Origin: Candidatus Krumholzibacteriia bacterium | GTDB lineage: Bacteria > Krumholzibacteriota > Krumholzibacteriia > JAJRXK01 | Direction of reading: 5' to 3' | Assembly: GCA_041484665.1 (NCBI GenBank) | Contig: JBGPIA010000001.1 | Span: 352,001 to 416,000, forward strand | Length of the DNA stretch: 64,000 bases | Shown: positions 9,145 through 18,399 of the stretch, piece after piece | How the letters are laid out: each line of letters begins with the position of its first letter | Position numbering within the stretch: the stretch's first letter is position 1 | Notes under the pieces: model-generated | The model's database searches: none | Told to the model about the DNA's origin: nothing | Seen by the model: the letters and a program-made list of their open reading frames with translations, nothing else | Program-made: the position numbers and the translations under genes

Positions 9145-9633
9145 CTAGGCGAACAGGTCCAGCAGCGATCCGAGCAGCTGGTCGCCGCGCTTGAGCGTCC
9201 GCGCCATGAGCTCGAACGCGCTGGCCGCTTGTTGCACGTTCACCAACTCGGTCGCCAGGTCGACGTTGCTCCCCTGGGTCGGCGCAGCCGAGCCCGCCGG
9301 GCCGGCCGCGCCCGTGAATGAGCCCGCCGTGGCTGGATCGGTGGAGAGGTCCTGATCTGGGGCGGTCGAGGGGTCCCACGCGCCCGGCGCGGCGCCTGGC
9401 GCTGGCTGCGCACCCGGCGCAGCGCTCGCATCGTACCCCAAGAGCAGCGGTGGGCCGGGCGACAGATCGCGGGTCACCGACGCTTGGACGCCGCCGCCAG
9501 CGCCTTCGACGTTGGTCACGACGAAGCGCTTGTATCCGGGCGTCCTCGCGTTGGCGATGTTGTTCGCGGCGGCGCCGAGCGCCTTCTGTTGCGCCTGCAG
9601 GCCGCCGAGCAACGACGAGACGAAGTCGAGCAT
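9145..9633 (-). CDS. Small flagellar basal-body rod/hook-like protein (N-terminal and C-terminal D0 helices only)
   Basis: AANNIANARTPGYK (rod/hook N-motif) and SNVDLATELVN...LLDLFA (C-motif), joined by a Pro/Ala-rich linker; GGAGG RBS. Confidence 0.85.
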   Translation of the reverse strand: MLDFVSSLLGGLQAQQKALGAAANNIANARTPGYKRFVVTNVEGAGGGVQASVTRDLSPGPPLLLGYDASAAPGAQPAPGAAPGAWDPSTAPDQDLSTDPATAGSFTGAAGPAGSAAPTQGSNVDLATELVNVQQAASAFELMARTLKRGDQLLGSLLDLFA

Positions 9634-9734
9634 GGGAGTCCCTCCCCCGTGGGAAACGGCCCTCCCCCCCTGGAAAGCGGCGGGAATCGCCGGAGCGCGC
9701 ACCACGAGGGTGCACGTCGCCGCATCCGTCCCGG

Positions 9735-9761
9735 TGATCGGCCGCCCTGTCCCGGACTTGA
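9735..9761 (-). promoter_or_regulatory. Putative sigma28 (FliA-type) promoter
   Basis: Minus strand TCAAG-N14-GCCGATCA, about 100 nt upstream of the rod-like gene; one mismatch to TCAAG-N14-GCCGATAA. Confidence 0.65.
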
Positions 9762-9830
9762 GCGAGATTTGGGCGCATTTACGTCGATGTGTCCGGCCCT
9801 GTGCCCGGGTTGCGCGAGCGTGGCGCCGCC

Positions 9831-10568
9831 TCAGCGCGCCTGCGCGAGACTGCCAAAGCCCTCCACGTCTTCGTGCACGTGCTGCGGGTCGCCGTGGTAA
9901 CGCACCTTGCTCATGCCGTTGACATGGGCGTCGAGCTCGCGCGCCACGTTCAGCTCGACCTCCCCGATGCCGCCAGCGTGGACACGTGCGCTCTGCGCCA
10001 CCAGGTCGCGCAGATCCATCTTCCCCACGCCGGCCAGCTGGACCTCTAGATCCTCCGCCTTGCCGGCGACCTCGATGTTGCCCACGCCGGCCAGCTGCAG
10101 GGTGAGCTGCCGCGCGTCCAATCCGCGGACGTCCACGTTCGAGACGCCCTGCACCTCGACGCGGGTCAACTCGGGCATGACGATCCTCAGATGGATCCCC
10201 TCCTCGGTATCGATACCATCCCAATCCCGCGTGTCGATGATCAGCGACCGTCCATCGACATGAGCATCCACGCGCTCGATCAGGTTGTCCTCTGCGCTCA
10301 GCTCGACCGTCATGTCCGTGCCCAGGGCCACGTCGATGTCGGCGACGCCCTTGACCACGATCGCGTCGAAGCCCTTCAGGTTCAGGGTACGGCTGACCAC
10401 GTTGCCGGAGCCCTTCAACTGGTGCCCATGGTGCCGGTGGGAATGCCGATTCCAGAATCCCGCCTGCGCGGGCGCCGCAAACGTGACGGCGGCCAGCGCA
10501 CCGAAGGCGGCCAGCCCCGCCAAGGTGGCTCTGAGAACGCCCCAGTGGGCGAGTGCGCGACAATGCAT
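9831..10568 (-). CDS. Head GIN domain / DUF2807-type beta-helical secreted protein
   Basis: Signal peptide; LKGSGNVVSR; repeated GVxN/GVGx beta-helix turns; ends VRYHGDP. Confidence 0.85.
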   Translation of the reverse strand: MHCRALAHWGVLRATLAGLAAFGALAAVTFAAPAQAGFWNRHSHRHHGHQLKGSGNVVSRTLNLKGFDAIVVKGVADIDVALGTDMTVELSAEDNLIERVDAHVDGRSLIIDTRDWDGIDTEEGIHLRIVMPELTRVEVQGVSNVDVRGLDARQLTLQLAGVGNIEVAGKAEDLEVQLAGVGKMDLRDLVAQSARVHAGGIGEVELNVARELDAHVNGMSKVRYHGDPQHVHEDVEGFGSLAQAR

Positions 10569-10733
10569 CTCGACATCCTCTCCTGCGCGCTGCGCGCGCG
10601 ACGTGGAGCGCCGTTTCGGGGGGGATGCGCTCCGTGGGGGTGCCGTTAGGACGCCCTTGCCCGGGGAAAGGTTGCCGTGAGCGGGTCGGCGAGGCTCGTG
10701 CCGTTCTCGCGCGGCGCGCTACGCGCGCCGCAC

Positions 10734-12857
10734 CTACTTCTGCAGCGCCTTCACTGCGCGCTCCGCCGCCTCGATCAGCGGCTGCGGTGAGAGCGAAGCC
10801 CCTACCGCCTGGCGCATCCAGAGGTCGGGGGTCAGGCGCCCCTGCCGGCACACCCGCTCGAACTCCTTCGCCAGGTCCCCGGTGCGGAAGTGCTCCTCGA
10901 GCTGGAAGGCGATCAGGTGGCCCAGTGGGTAGTTGGGCAGGTACAGCGGGTAGTCCAGCATGTGGGAGTAGATCGCCAGCAGCACCGAGTCCTTGACCCC
11001 GATCAGCGGCGCGAAGGTGCGATTCCAGACGTCCTGCGCGATGCCGACCGTGGCTTCCCGCAGCTGCGCTGGCGTGGCCGTGGGATGCTCGTACATCCAT
11101 TGCCAGACGCCGATGTCCACCAGCGCCACGGCCGCAATCTCGCAGGCGCCCCAGAACTCCTCCAGCGCGTGCAGGTGCTGCGCCAGCTCGTCGGGCGCGT
11201 CCAGACCCAAGAGCTGCAGGTCACGGCCCTGGAAGACGAAGGCGAGCGCCTCGGTGAACGCGCTGGCGGGGACGCCGGCCAGCAGAGTGTGGTCGATGGC
11301 GTTGAGCGAAAAGACCTGCTCCACGTTGTGGCCGAACTCGTGGACGGCGATGTTGTAGCCCTTGTAGTCCATTCCCTGCGGGCCCACGCGCGTGCGCAGG
11401 TGCGCCCGGTCGTCGCGCCGTGCCGCGGCCAGGGCGTGCCCCGCGCCGCGCGACGGGTCCACCACGACGTGCGAGGTGACGAGCTGCGCCTGCTCGTGGC
11501 CAAACCCCAGGTCGTGCAGCATGCGGGGCAGATCCTGCTCGAAGGTCGCCGGGGTGGGATAGCGCTGGCGGGTGGCCGCGTCGAGCTGGGCCTCGTCGTA
11601 GCGGGACCGTGGCTTGAAGCCAGCGTACCAGATGTCGAACGGCTCCAGCTTGCGCGAGAGCCGATGGCGGATCAGCTGCGCCACGTCCCGGGCGGCCGGG
11701 CCGGCGAACAGCTGCTCGAGCATCCGTATCACCTCGGCCTGAGGAATCTCCATGTCGTGCTCGAAGGTGCGAGCCACATGCGTGGGCAACAGCGGCGTGG
11801 CCCGGTCAACCTCCTGCATGGCGTGGAAGATCGACAGCAGCAGCGCGTAACGGGTGTCCGGCTCGCGGGCGTTGTCCGGCGCCGCGGCCGCAGCAGAGGG
11901 CGCCGGCGCCGCGCGCGGCGCGGCCGGCCCCGCGGACGAGCCCTGCGCGTCGTCTTCCGGCGACAGGCGCAGCTCACCGTTGGCCACCAGCCAGTCCAGC
12001 CGCGGATTGTCGATCACCGCCCCGGGAATGGTCTGGCGTACGATCGCCTCCATGACCTGTGCGATCATGCGCTGGCGGGGCAGCCCGTCCTTGTTGGCGT
12101 ACTGCGCCTTGAGCTCGTCGCGGAGATTCCAGTGGCTGATCAGGCGCAGGCCGGGCGGGAAGAGCCGCTCCCCTTTGGGCGTGAGCAGGTGGTGCATGTG
12201 GATGTTGTAGGCGGAGACGTACGCGTCGGCCCGGGCCACGGCCGAGCTCACTGCCTGCTGCGCCGCGGCGGGCACGCGCGTCGTGAAGCGCCCGGTCAGG
12301 CGCGCCTCCGCCCACTGGCGTCGCGTCCAGCCCGGCCCCTCCTGCAGGCGCTGCGCCAGCGTCGTCACCGGAAAGTTCAACAGCGCCACGATAGCGATCT
12401 TGCTGGCGAAGAGGTCGTCGTTGAGGTGGGCCGTGGGGTCGTAGGCGGCCAGCAGCCGGTCCACCGGCAGGATCGGCCCGGTCTCGACGTCCATGTGCCA
12501 GTGCAGGTCGCGCCCCAACGACGTGAAGGATCCGTCCATGCACTCCATGGCGCGCTCAAGATGAGCGAACGTGGAGTCGATCTGGGCAGCGTCCACTTGC
12601 AGGTGCTCGGCGGCGAAGGCGACGAACTCGGGGGTGCTGCCGTCTGCGGGGCGCCACTGCGCGGCGGCCTGCTCCACGCCGCGGCGGATGCGCGTCTCGT
12701 GCTGTGCGCCGTGCTGCGCCACGAGCTTGCCGACCGTCTCCTTCACCGCGGCGGACGCCTCGAACTCGGCCGCGGGAGCCGCGGCTGGCGAGGCGCCGGC
12801 GGACAGACTGCACAGCAGGAAGGCCACGGCGAGCGCGGTCAGGTGGTGGTGGATCAT
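10734..12857 (-). CDS. Secreted zinc metallopeptidase-like protein (gluzincin, M3/M32-like)
   Basis: Signal peptide; HEFGH followed by downstream FTEALA third ligand; YLPNYPLG. Confidence 0.7.
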   Translation of the reverse strand: MIHHHLTALAVAFLLCSLSAGASPAAAPAAEFEASAAVKETVGKLVAQHGAQHETRIRRGVEQAAAQWRPADGSTPEFVAFAAEHLQVDAAQIDSTFAHLERAMECMDGSFTSLGRDLHWHMDVETGPILPVDRLLAAYDPTAHLNDDLFASKIAIVALLNFPVTTLAQRLQEGPGWTRRQWAEARLTGRFTTRVPAAAQQAVSSAVARADAYVSAYNIHMHHLLTPKGERLFPPGLRLISHWNLRDELKAQYANKDGLPRQRMIAQVMEAIVRQTIPGAVIDNPRLDWLVANGELRLSPEDDAQGSSAGPAAPRAAPAPSAAAAAPDNAREPDTRYALLLSIFHAMQEVDRATPLLPTHVARTFEHDMEIPQAEVIRMLEQLFAGPAARDVAQLIRHRLSRKLEPFDIWYAGFKPRSRYDEAQLDAATRQRYPTPATFEQDLPRMLHDLGFGHEQAQLVTSHVVVDPSRGAGHALAAARRDDRAHLRTRVGPQGMDYKGYNIAVHEFGHNVEQVFSLNAIDHTLLAGVPASAFTEALAFVFQGRDLQLLGLDAPDELAQHLHALEEFWGACEIAAVALVDIGVWQWMYEHPTATPAQLREATVGIAQDVWNRTFAPLIGVKDSVLLAIYSHMLDYPLYLPNYPLGHLIAFQLEEHFRTGDLAKEFERVCRQGRLTPDLWMRQAVGASLSPQPLIEAAERAVKALQK

Positions 12858-13033
12858 GACGAACCCCCTCGGGCCGGGCACCGGGCACGCTGCGAGCGAA
12901 CCGGCGCGCAGTATACCCTTCCCGCCTCTGCGCGCCAACGCCCGGTCCGGCGCCCTTGACCGCTCGCGGCGCCCCCTCCTAGGATCGCCGCTCGCTGGCC
13001 GTGTTCCCTTCCCACACACCCTGCGTGCGCGCG

Positions 13034-14467
13034 GTGAAGACCCGTCACAAGATCACCATCGACCGCTGGTTCGGCCTGCCATTGGTCTGGTCGCTGAATC
13101 TGCTGGCGCGCGCGCTGGGCGTGCTGTTGCGCCGCGACCACTCGGTCCACCCCCAGACGACGCGTACGATCGTGGTGGCGAAGTTCTTCGGCATGGGGAG
13201 CATCCTGCAGGCGACGCCGCTGCTGGGCGCCCTCAAGCGTCACTTCCCGCAGGCGCGGCTCGTCTTCGTGACGGCGCGGGGCAATCGCCCGCTGCTGGAG
13301 CGCCTCCCCGGGATCGACGCCTGTCTGTACGTGGACGATGCAAGCTTGCTGGCGCTGGCCACGACCACGGCCACAACGGTCGTGCGCCTGTGGCACCTGC
13401 GCGCCGACCTCTACTTCGACCTCGAGGTGTACTCCGCGTACGCCGCCCTGTTGTCTATTCTGAGCGTGGCCCGCAACCGGGTCGGCTTCTACCGGTACTC
13501 CACGGCATTCAAGCGCGGCCTCTGCACCCACCTGGTCTTCTTCAACGCCCGCCAGCCGATCCGGCGCATCTATCTGCAGCTCGGCCGGGCCGCCGGAGTG
13601 CCGCCCCCACCGCAGGACGAACTGGCCCCGCCGCGGGTGGATGAGGCGGACCGCGCGGGGCTCGTCGGAAAGCTGGCCGCCCTGGCGGGCACGGAGCGGG
13701 CGGCCGGGCCCGCATGGGAGCGCGGGAACGGCTACCTCGTGATCAATCCCAATGCCTCGGACCTGCTGCTGGAGCGCCGGTGGCCCCTGGCCGGGTTCGC
13801 GGACACGATCGAGGCGCTGGCCGAGGGCGAGGTGCGCATCGTGCTCATCGGATCGCGCGACGAGGCCGCGCACGTCGCGGCGCTGCGCGAGCGACTCTCC
13901 CCCACCGTGCGGCGGACCGTCGTCGATACCAGCGGACTGCTGACGCTGGGCGAGTTGCTGGCGCTCCTGCAGGAAGCGCGCTGCCTGTTGACCAACGACA
14001 CGGGCCCCATGCACATGTCGATCGCCTTGGGGCGCCCCACCGTCTGCCTGTTCGGGCCGTGCAGCCCCGACCACTACGGCATCGACCGTCCGGGAAACGA
14101 GATCCTCTACCGGCCCGTCTTCTGCAGTCCGTGCGTGCACGAGGTTGAGCGACCGCCCTGTGGCGGCAACAACGTCTGCATGCAGCTGATCGAGCCGGGC
14201 GAGGTGGTGCGGGCCGTCCGGCGCGCTCTCGCGCACGACGCCTCCCAGCGCGGCCACGCCCGGCACTCGCGCAGCGAGCCACCGCCGGAGGCGGGCCCGC
14301 CTTCGCGGGCCATGACCGCGGCAGCCCCCGGCGGCAGCAGCCCGGCTGCCGCCCGACCGGCCGCAAGCCACGCCGCGGCGGCGGCGGACCGCGCTGCGGT
14401 CGTGCTTGATGACGCGAACGGGCAGCCCCTGGGCGTCGTGGCGCGCTCCCGGTCGTCGACCCGATGA
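13034..14467 (+). CDS. Glycosyltransferase family 9 (heptosyltransferase-like)
   Basis: GMGSIL, INPNAS..ERRWP, TNDTGPMHMSIALGRPTVCLFGP, and a C-terminal CSPC...C motif. Confidence 0.9.
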   Translation: MKTRHKITIDRWFGLPLVWSLNLLARALGVLLRRDHSVHPQTTRTIVVAKFFGMGSILQATPLLGALKRHFPQARLVFVTARGNRPLLERLPGIDACLYVDDASLLALATTTATTVVRLWHLRADLYFDLEVYSAYAALLSILSVARNRVGFYRYSTAFKRGLCTHLVFFNARQPIRRIYLQLGRAAGVPPPPQDELAPPRVDEADRAGLVGKLAALAGTERAAGPAWERGNGYLVINPNASDLLLERRWPLAGFADTIEALAEGEVRIVLIGSRDEAAHVAALRERLSPTVRRTVVDTSGLLTLGELLALLQEARCLLTNDTGPMHMSIALGRPTVCLFGPCSPDHYGIDRPGNEILYRPVFCSPCVHEVERPPCGGNNVCMQLIEPGEVVRAVRRALAHDASQRGHARHSRSEPPPEAGPPSRAMTAAAPGGSSPAAARPAASHAAAAADRAAVVLDDANGQPLGVVARSRSSTR

Positions 14468-15336
14468 GCGTCCATCCCTGCGAGATCTGCGGCGAGCGCT
14501 CGTTCGTGACGATGTTCCAGCGGGACGGGCATGGCTTTGTCCGCTGCCGGAACTGCCAGCTGGAGCGGATCGATCCCCAGCCCACCGACGCGGAGCTGGG
14601 CGCGATCTACGGCCAGCGATACTACGACGCGTGGGGGCTTGCCGAGGACGCCGGCGCGGTCGGCCGCCTCAAGCGCGCGACGTTCGCGCGGGGCTTGAAG
14701 CTCCTGCGCGGGCTCCCGCCCGGCGCCCGGGTGCTGGACTGCGGAGCGGCGACCGGGCTGCTGATGGAGGCCGCGGCCGAGTCCGGCCTCGAGCCCTACG
14801 GCGTCGAGCTCTCCGGGTTCGGCGCAGGAAAGATCGCTTGCCGATTTGGCGCGCACCACGTGTTCGAAGGCGAGCTATCGCACGCGGCCTTCCCCGACCT
14901 TGGCCCGCGGCCATTCGCGGCGGTTACGATGTATGATTTCCTTGAGCACGTGCGCGATCCGCGCGCGACTCTCGTCGCGGCGCACGCCCTGCTGGCGGAT
15001 GGAGGAGCTCTGCTGATCTGCACGCCGCGCACCGGGTCGTTATCGTACCGGCTGATGGGCCGGTCCTGGACCCATTACAAGACGGAGCATCTGTACTATT
15101 TCAACGTGCGCAACCTTACCGCTCTGCTCACTCAATGTGGATTCGCGGTGCGCGGCCGCCACGCCGCCTGGAAGGCGGTGAGCTTGCAGTACCTCGCGCA
15201 CCAGTACGAGGTCTATCCCAACTCGCTCCTATCACGGCTGCTGCACGGGATCATGCCGGTCGTGCCCGCCGCGCTGCAGAGGCGGCCGTTGCCCGCGCTG
15301 CTGGGGGAGATGCTTCTCCATGCGCAGAGCACCTGA
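14464..15336 (+). CDS. Class I SAM-dependent methyltransferase with N-terminal Cys motifs
   Basis: CEICG...CRNC, VLDCGAATG, DFLEHVRDP, EHLYYF; ATGA overlap with the GT9 stop. Confidence 0.88.
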   Translation: MSVHPCEICGERSFVTMFQRDGHGFVRCRNCQLERIDPQPTDAELGAIYGQRYYDAWGLAEDAGAVGRLKRATFARGLKLLRGLPPGARVLDCGAATGLLMEAAAESGLEPYGVELSGFGAGKIACRFGAHHVFEGELSHAAFPDLGPRPFAAVTMYDFLEHVRDPRATLVAAHALLADGGALLICTPRTGSLSYRLMGRSWTHYKTEHLYYFNVRNLTALLTQCGFAVRGRHAAWKAVSLQYLAHQYEVYPNSLLSRLLHGIMPVVPAALQRRPLPALLGEMLLHAQST

Positions 15337-16684
15337 GGCGCCGCTCGCGCACAACCCGGCGGGAGCAGCGAGGCCGCCGGGCGCGGTGACGTTCGCCCGC
15401 GGCGCTTCGACGGGGCGCTGGGGGATCGCCGTCGCAGGCGCGGTGGTGCTTGCCATGGGAGCTCACCAGGTTTGGTACGCTCACGGGCTCGGGGGCGGAC
15501 TCTCGCGCGTGGCCGATCCCTATTCCGAAGCCGACGCCATCCGCTCCGGCGAGGGCTACGCCGCACGTGGCTTCGCCGTGGACAGTGGCTTGCCCGACCT
15601 GCTGTATGGCGGCCGTTACCCCGAGGCAGGCACGATGTCCGAGCCCGCGCTCAAGGGTTTCGCGCGCCGCATCTATACCCACTACCCACCCGGACCGAAC
15701 TGGATCGTGGGACTGATGACGGTGATGTGCGGTGCAGGCGCGACCGGTTGCTACCGCGCCCTCCCGATCGCGTGTGGCGTGCTGGCCATGGCATTCCTCG
15801 CGTGGTCATTACTGAGCACCTTGGGGGGCGCACGTGGCGGCGCCGCGCTGGTGCTGCTGGCCTGCGCGCGGATGTCGTACAACATGATGCACGGGCTCCA
15901 CTACCAAGGGTATGCGCTCTCGCTGCTGCTGGTGCAGGTGGGGCTCAGCCTGCGCATCTTGCGCCTGCCGGGTAGACTGCGCTGGGCGCGGGCCGTCGCA
16001 TTGGCGCTGCTGGGCTTCGCACAGGGCTGGCTGTCGTTCGACTACGTCTTCCTCGTCTCCCTGGCGGCCCTGCCCCTGTGGCTCTTGCAGCCCAAGCCAA
16101 GCGGCCGGTCTGCGCGCTGGCAGCTGGCCGCCCTCACCTGCCTGCCGGCGGCGGGGTTTGCGCTGGCCTGCCTGCTCCACTTCGCGCAGGTGGCCCACTT
16201 CCTCGGCGGGACCCCAGCCGCATTGCGCGACTTCCGGGTGGTGGCGAGCTGGCGTCTTGCCGGCGCGGACCCATCCGGCGGCGCACCCGGCGGCGTTTGG
16301 GGACGATGGGAAATCCTCCGCGCGTATGTGTTCGAGCATCTGCCGCGGAGCGGCAATCTGGGCAAGTCCGCCTACCTGCTCGCGCTCATCGCGTTGCTCG
16401 CGCTGGTGGTCCCGCGGGCGCGGGTCACGGTGGGCGCGCGGCGGCGGTGGGTGGTGACCTGGCAGCCGGCGATCCGGAGGGCGCGGCGAGCGCTGGTGTT
16501 GCTCGCAGCACTGGCGGCGTCGGCGACGTGGATCCTGATCATGCGCAATCACGCCTACTACCACCCCCACTTCCTGCCCCGGCACTTCCTGCTGTTGTAT
16601 TTCGTTGCGGAGCTCCTGCTGCTGGATGGCCTGACGATCGAGCGCGCCGCGGGGCGCGCGCGTCCCCGCTCCGGCCAGCCATGA
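15320..16684 (+). CDS. Polytopic membrane protein, probable GT-C fold glycosyltransferase
   Basis: First TM followed by acidic DPYSEAD loop and YTHYPPG; many TM helices; terminal H..FLPRH. Confidence 0.6.
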   Translation: MRRAPEAPLAHNPAGAARPPGAVTFARGASTGRWGIAVAGAVVLAMGAHQVWYAHGLGGGLSRVADPYSEADAIRSGEGYAARGFAVDSGLPDLLYGGRYPEAGTMSEPALKGFARRIYTHYPPGPNWIVGLMTVMCGAGATGCYRALPIACGVLAMAFLAWSLLSTLGGARGGAALVLLACARMSYNMMHGLHYQGYALSLLLVQVGLSLRILRLPGRLRWARAVALALLGFAQGWLSFDYVFLVSLAALPLWLLQPKPSGRSARWQLAALTCLPAAGFALACLLHFAQVAHFLGGTPAALRDFRVVASWRLAGADPSGGAPGGVWGRWEILRAYVFEHLPRSGNLGKSAYLLALIALLALVVPRARVTVGARRRWVVTWQPAIRRARRALVLLAALAASATWILIMRNHAYYHPHFLPRHFLLLYFVAELLLLDGLTIERAAGRARPRSGQP

Positions 16685-18297
16685 ACGAGGCAGCGGGCGG
16701 CAGCGCGGGCAAGCGAGCGCGCAGGCGGATCCCCACGTCGGTGCCGATCGCGCTGGCGGTGGCGTCGCTGGCGCTGCACGGCGCGTGGTCGCTGACTCGT
16801 CACCGCCAGTTCACCAACGATTCGATGAACTACGTCGACGTGGCCCGCAACATCGCCGCCGGCCACGGCATCATGCAATCCACGATCGGCTTCAACGTGC
16901 CGACCTGTCCCGCGGGGCCGTCGACCGAGCAACCGCTGACAGCCCAGGCGCCGCTCTACCCGATCCTGATCGCCGCGGGCCATCGCAGTGGACTGGCGGA
17001 GACCGACGCGGCCCTTGCGATCCCGTTGCTGGCGTACGGAGTCATCCTGCTGGCCGCATTCGGCGTCATGCGCACACTCTACGGGGACGCGCCGGCGTGG
17101 CTGGCCACGGCGCTCCTGCTGGCATCCTACCCGCTGCGGCAGGTCAGCGCCGCAGCATGGACCGAGGCACCGGCGATCGCGCTGGCGCTGCTGAGCATCG
17201 CGGCAGGCCTGCGTGCCCGCGGGTCGGCCCCCGGCGAGGCCGCTCGCGGCGCCGCCTCGGCGTTGCTGTCCGGTCTGCTCGGAGGCCTCGCCTTTGCGAC
17301 CCGCTATGCCTTTCTGCTGGCCCCGGCGCTCACGACCGTGCTGGTGGCGCTGCGACGGCCGTGGCGCGTGGGCATGCGCGACGGCCTCTTCCACGTCGCG
17401 GGATCCCTGCTCGCGGCCGCTGCGGTGCTCTCGCGAAACGTCGCGCTGGTGGGTGCCCCGCTGGGGCCGCGGTTCCAGCCTGAGCCGGGGCTGGCCCGCC
17501 GCAACCTGGCAAAGGTCTGGGAATATGCCCTGGGCGAGCACCTCTCGTCGCGCAGCGAGCTGCAGCAATGGGTGGTGCTGCTGAGCGCGGCGGGCCTGTT
17601 GCTGTGGGGAGTCTACCGCCAGCGCCGGGGCTGGCTGGGCGCCGCGCGGATGCTGCTGTCACAGGGACGCTTCGTCCTTCCGCTGTGGGCGTGCGTGTAC
17701 CCGGTGCTCGCCGGGTTGGTGCTGTGGATGAGCGTGGACTCACGCCTGCTCGCGCCCGCGACGGTGTTCGTGGAGTTGACCTGGGCCGGGTTGTTCTGCG
17801 CCGTCGTCCGGCCGCGGCCGGGCGCGATGGCGTCGCTGGTTGCCGTCGCGGCGCTGGCGCACGGAGCGCTCTGCGCGCGGGAGTTCGTGCGCACGGCACC
17901 CGCGAACGAAACGCTCACCGTACGCAGCACCCCGCGCCTGGAATGGCTGCGGACGCACACGACGGCCACCGACTACATCATCGGCGACGACACGGTGTAC
18001 GTTCCCTTCTACTTCCGCAGGCCGGCCGCGTCGTTCTCGCCGTACCCATTTACGCGACGCCCGACCTACGAGGGACTGATGGGCGTGGCGCAGGATCACT
18101 GTGTCCAGTTCGAGCGCGTGCTGCTGGTGCTGCGCAAGCTGCCGTTGCGCGACAACGAGTGGCGCAGCCTGTTCGGACCCTTTGTCGCCGATCTGGCCGT
18201 CGGCAGCTTCGAGGCGTATCCCGCCCTGGAGCCCCTGGCCAACCTGCCCGATGCCTGGGTGTTCCGGATGCGCTGCGCTGCGCGGCCGAGCGGTTGA
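16681..18297 (+). CDS. ArnT/PMT-like (GT39/GT83-like) membrane glycosyltransferase
   Basis: TNDSMNY..A, PLYPIL, WTEA and ATRY motifs; many TMs; ATGA overlap with the previous gene. Confidence 0.75.
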   Translation: MNEAAGGSAGKRARRRIPTSVPIALAVASLALHGAWSLTRHRQFTNDSMNYVDVARNIAAGHGIMQSTIGFNVPTCPAGPSTEQPLTAQAPLYPILIAAGHRSGLAETDAALAIPLLAYGVILLAAFGVMRTLYGDAPAWLATALLLASYPLRQVSAAAWTEAPAIALALLSIAAGLRARGSAPGEAARGAASALLSGLLGGLAFATRYAFLLAPALTTVLVALRRPWRVGMRDGLFHVAGSLLAAAAVLSRNVALVGAPLGPRFQPEPGLARRNLAKVWEYALGEHLSSRSELQQWVVLLSAAGLLLWGVYRQRRGWLGAARMLLSQGRFVLPLWACVYPVLAGLVLWMSVDSRLLAPATVFVELTWAGLFCAVVRPRPGAMASLVAVAALAHGALCAREFVRTAPANETLTVRSTPRLEWLRTHTTATDYIIGDDTVYVPFYFRRPAASFSPYPFTRRPTYEGLMGVAQDHCVQFERVLLVLRKLPLRDNEWRSLFGPFVADLAVGSFEAYPALEPLANLPDAWVFRMRCAARPSG

Positions 18298-18399
18298 CCC
18301 TGCCCTTGGTAGCAGCTACCCTGCTGCTTCCGATCCGCGCCGCGCGGGCGAAGCTCGCGCCGAGCGCGGGCCCGCTCCCCCCGACCCCAGGCGATGGCC

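Noticed and set aside
9145..11100. 651-aa ORF as one protein
   Set aside because: Only the last 162 codons have motifs and an RBS; the rest overlaps two real genes in other frames.
10890..12959. Long antisense ORFs (10890-12959, 24860-27007, 30284-32614, 43711-45309 and many others)
   Set aside because: They mirror well-supported genes on the opposite strand, have no motifs, and are expected in very GC-rich DNA with few stop codons.
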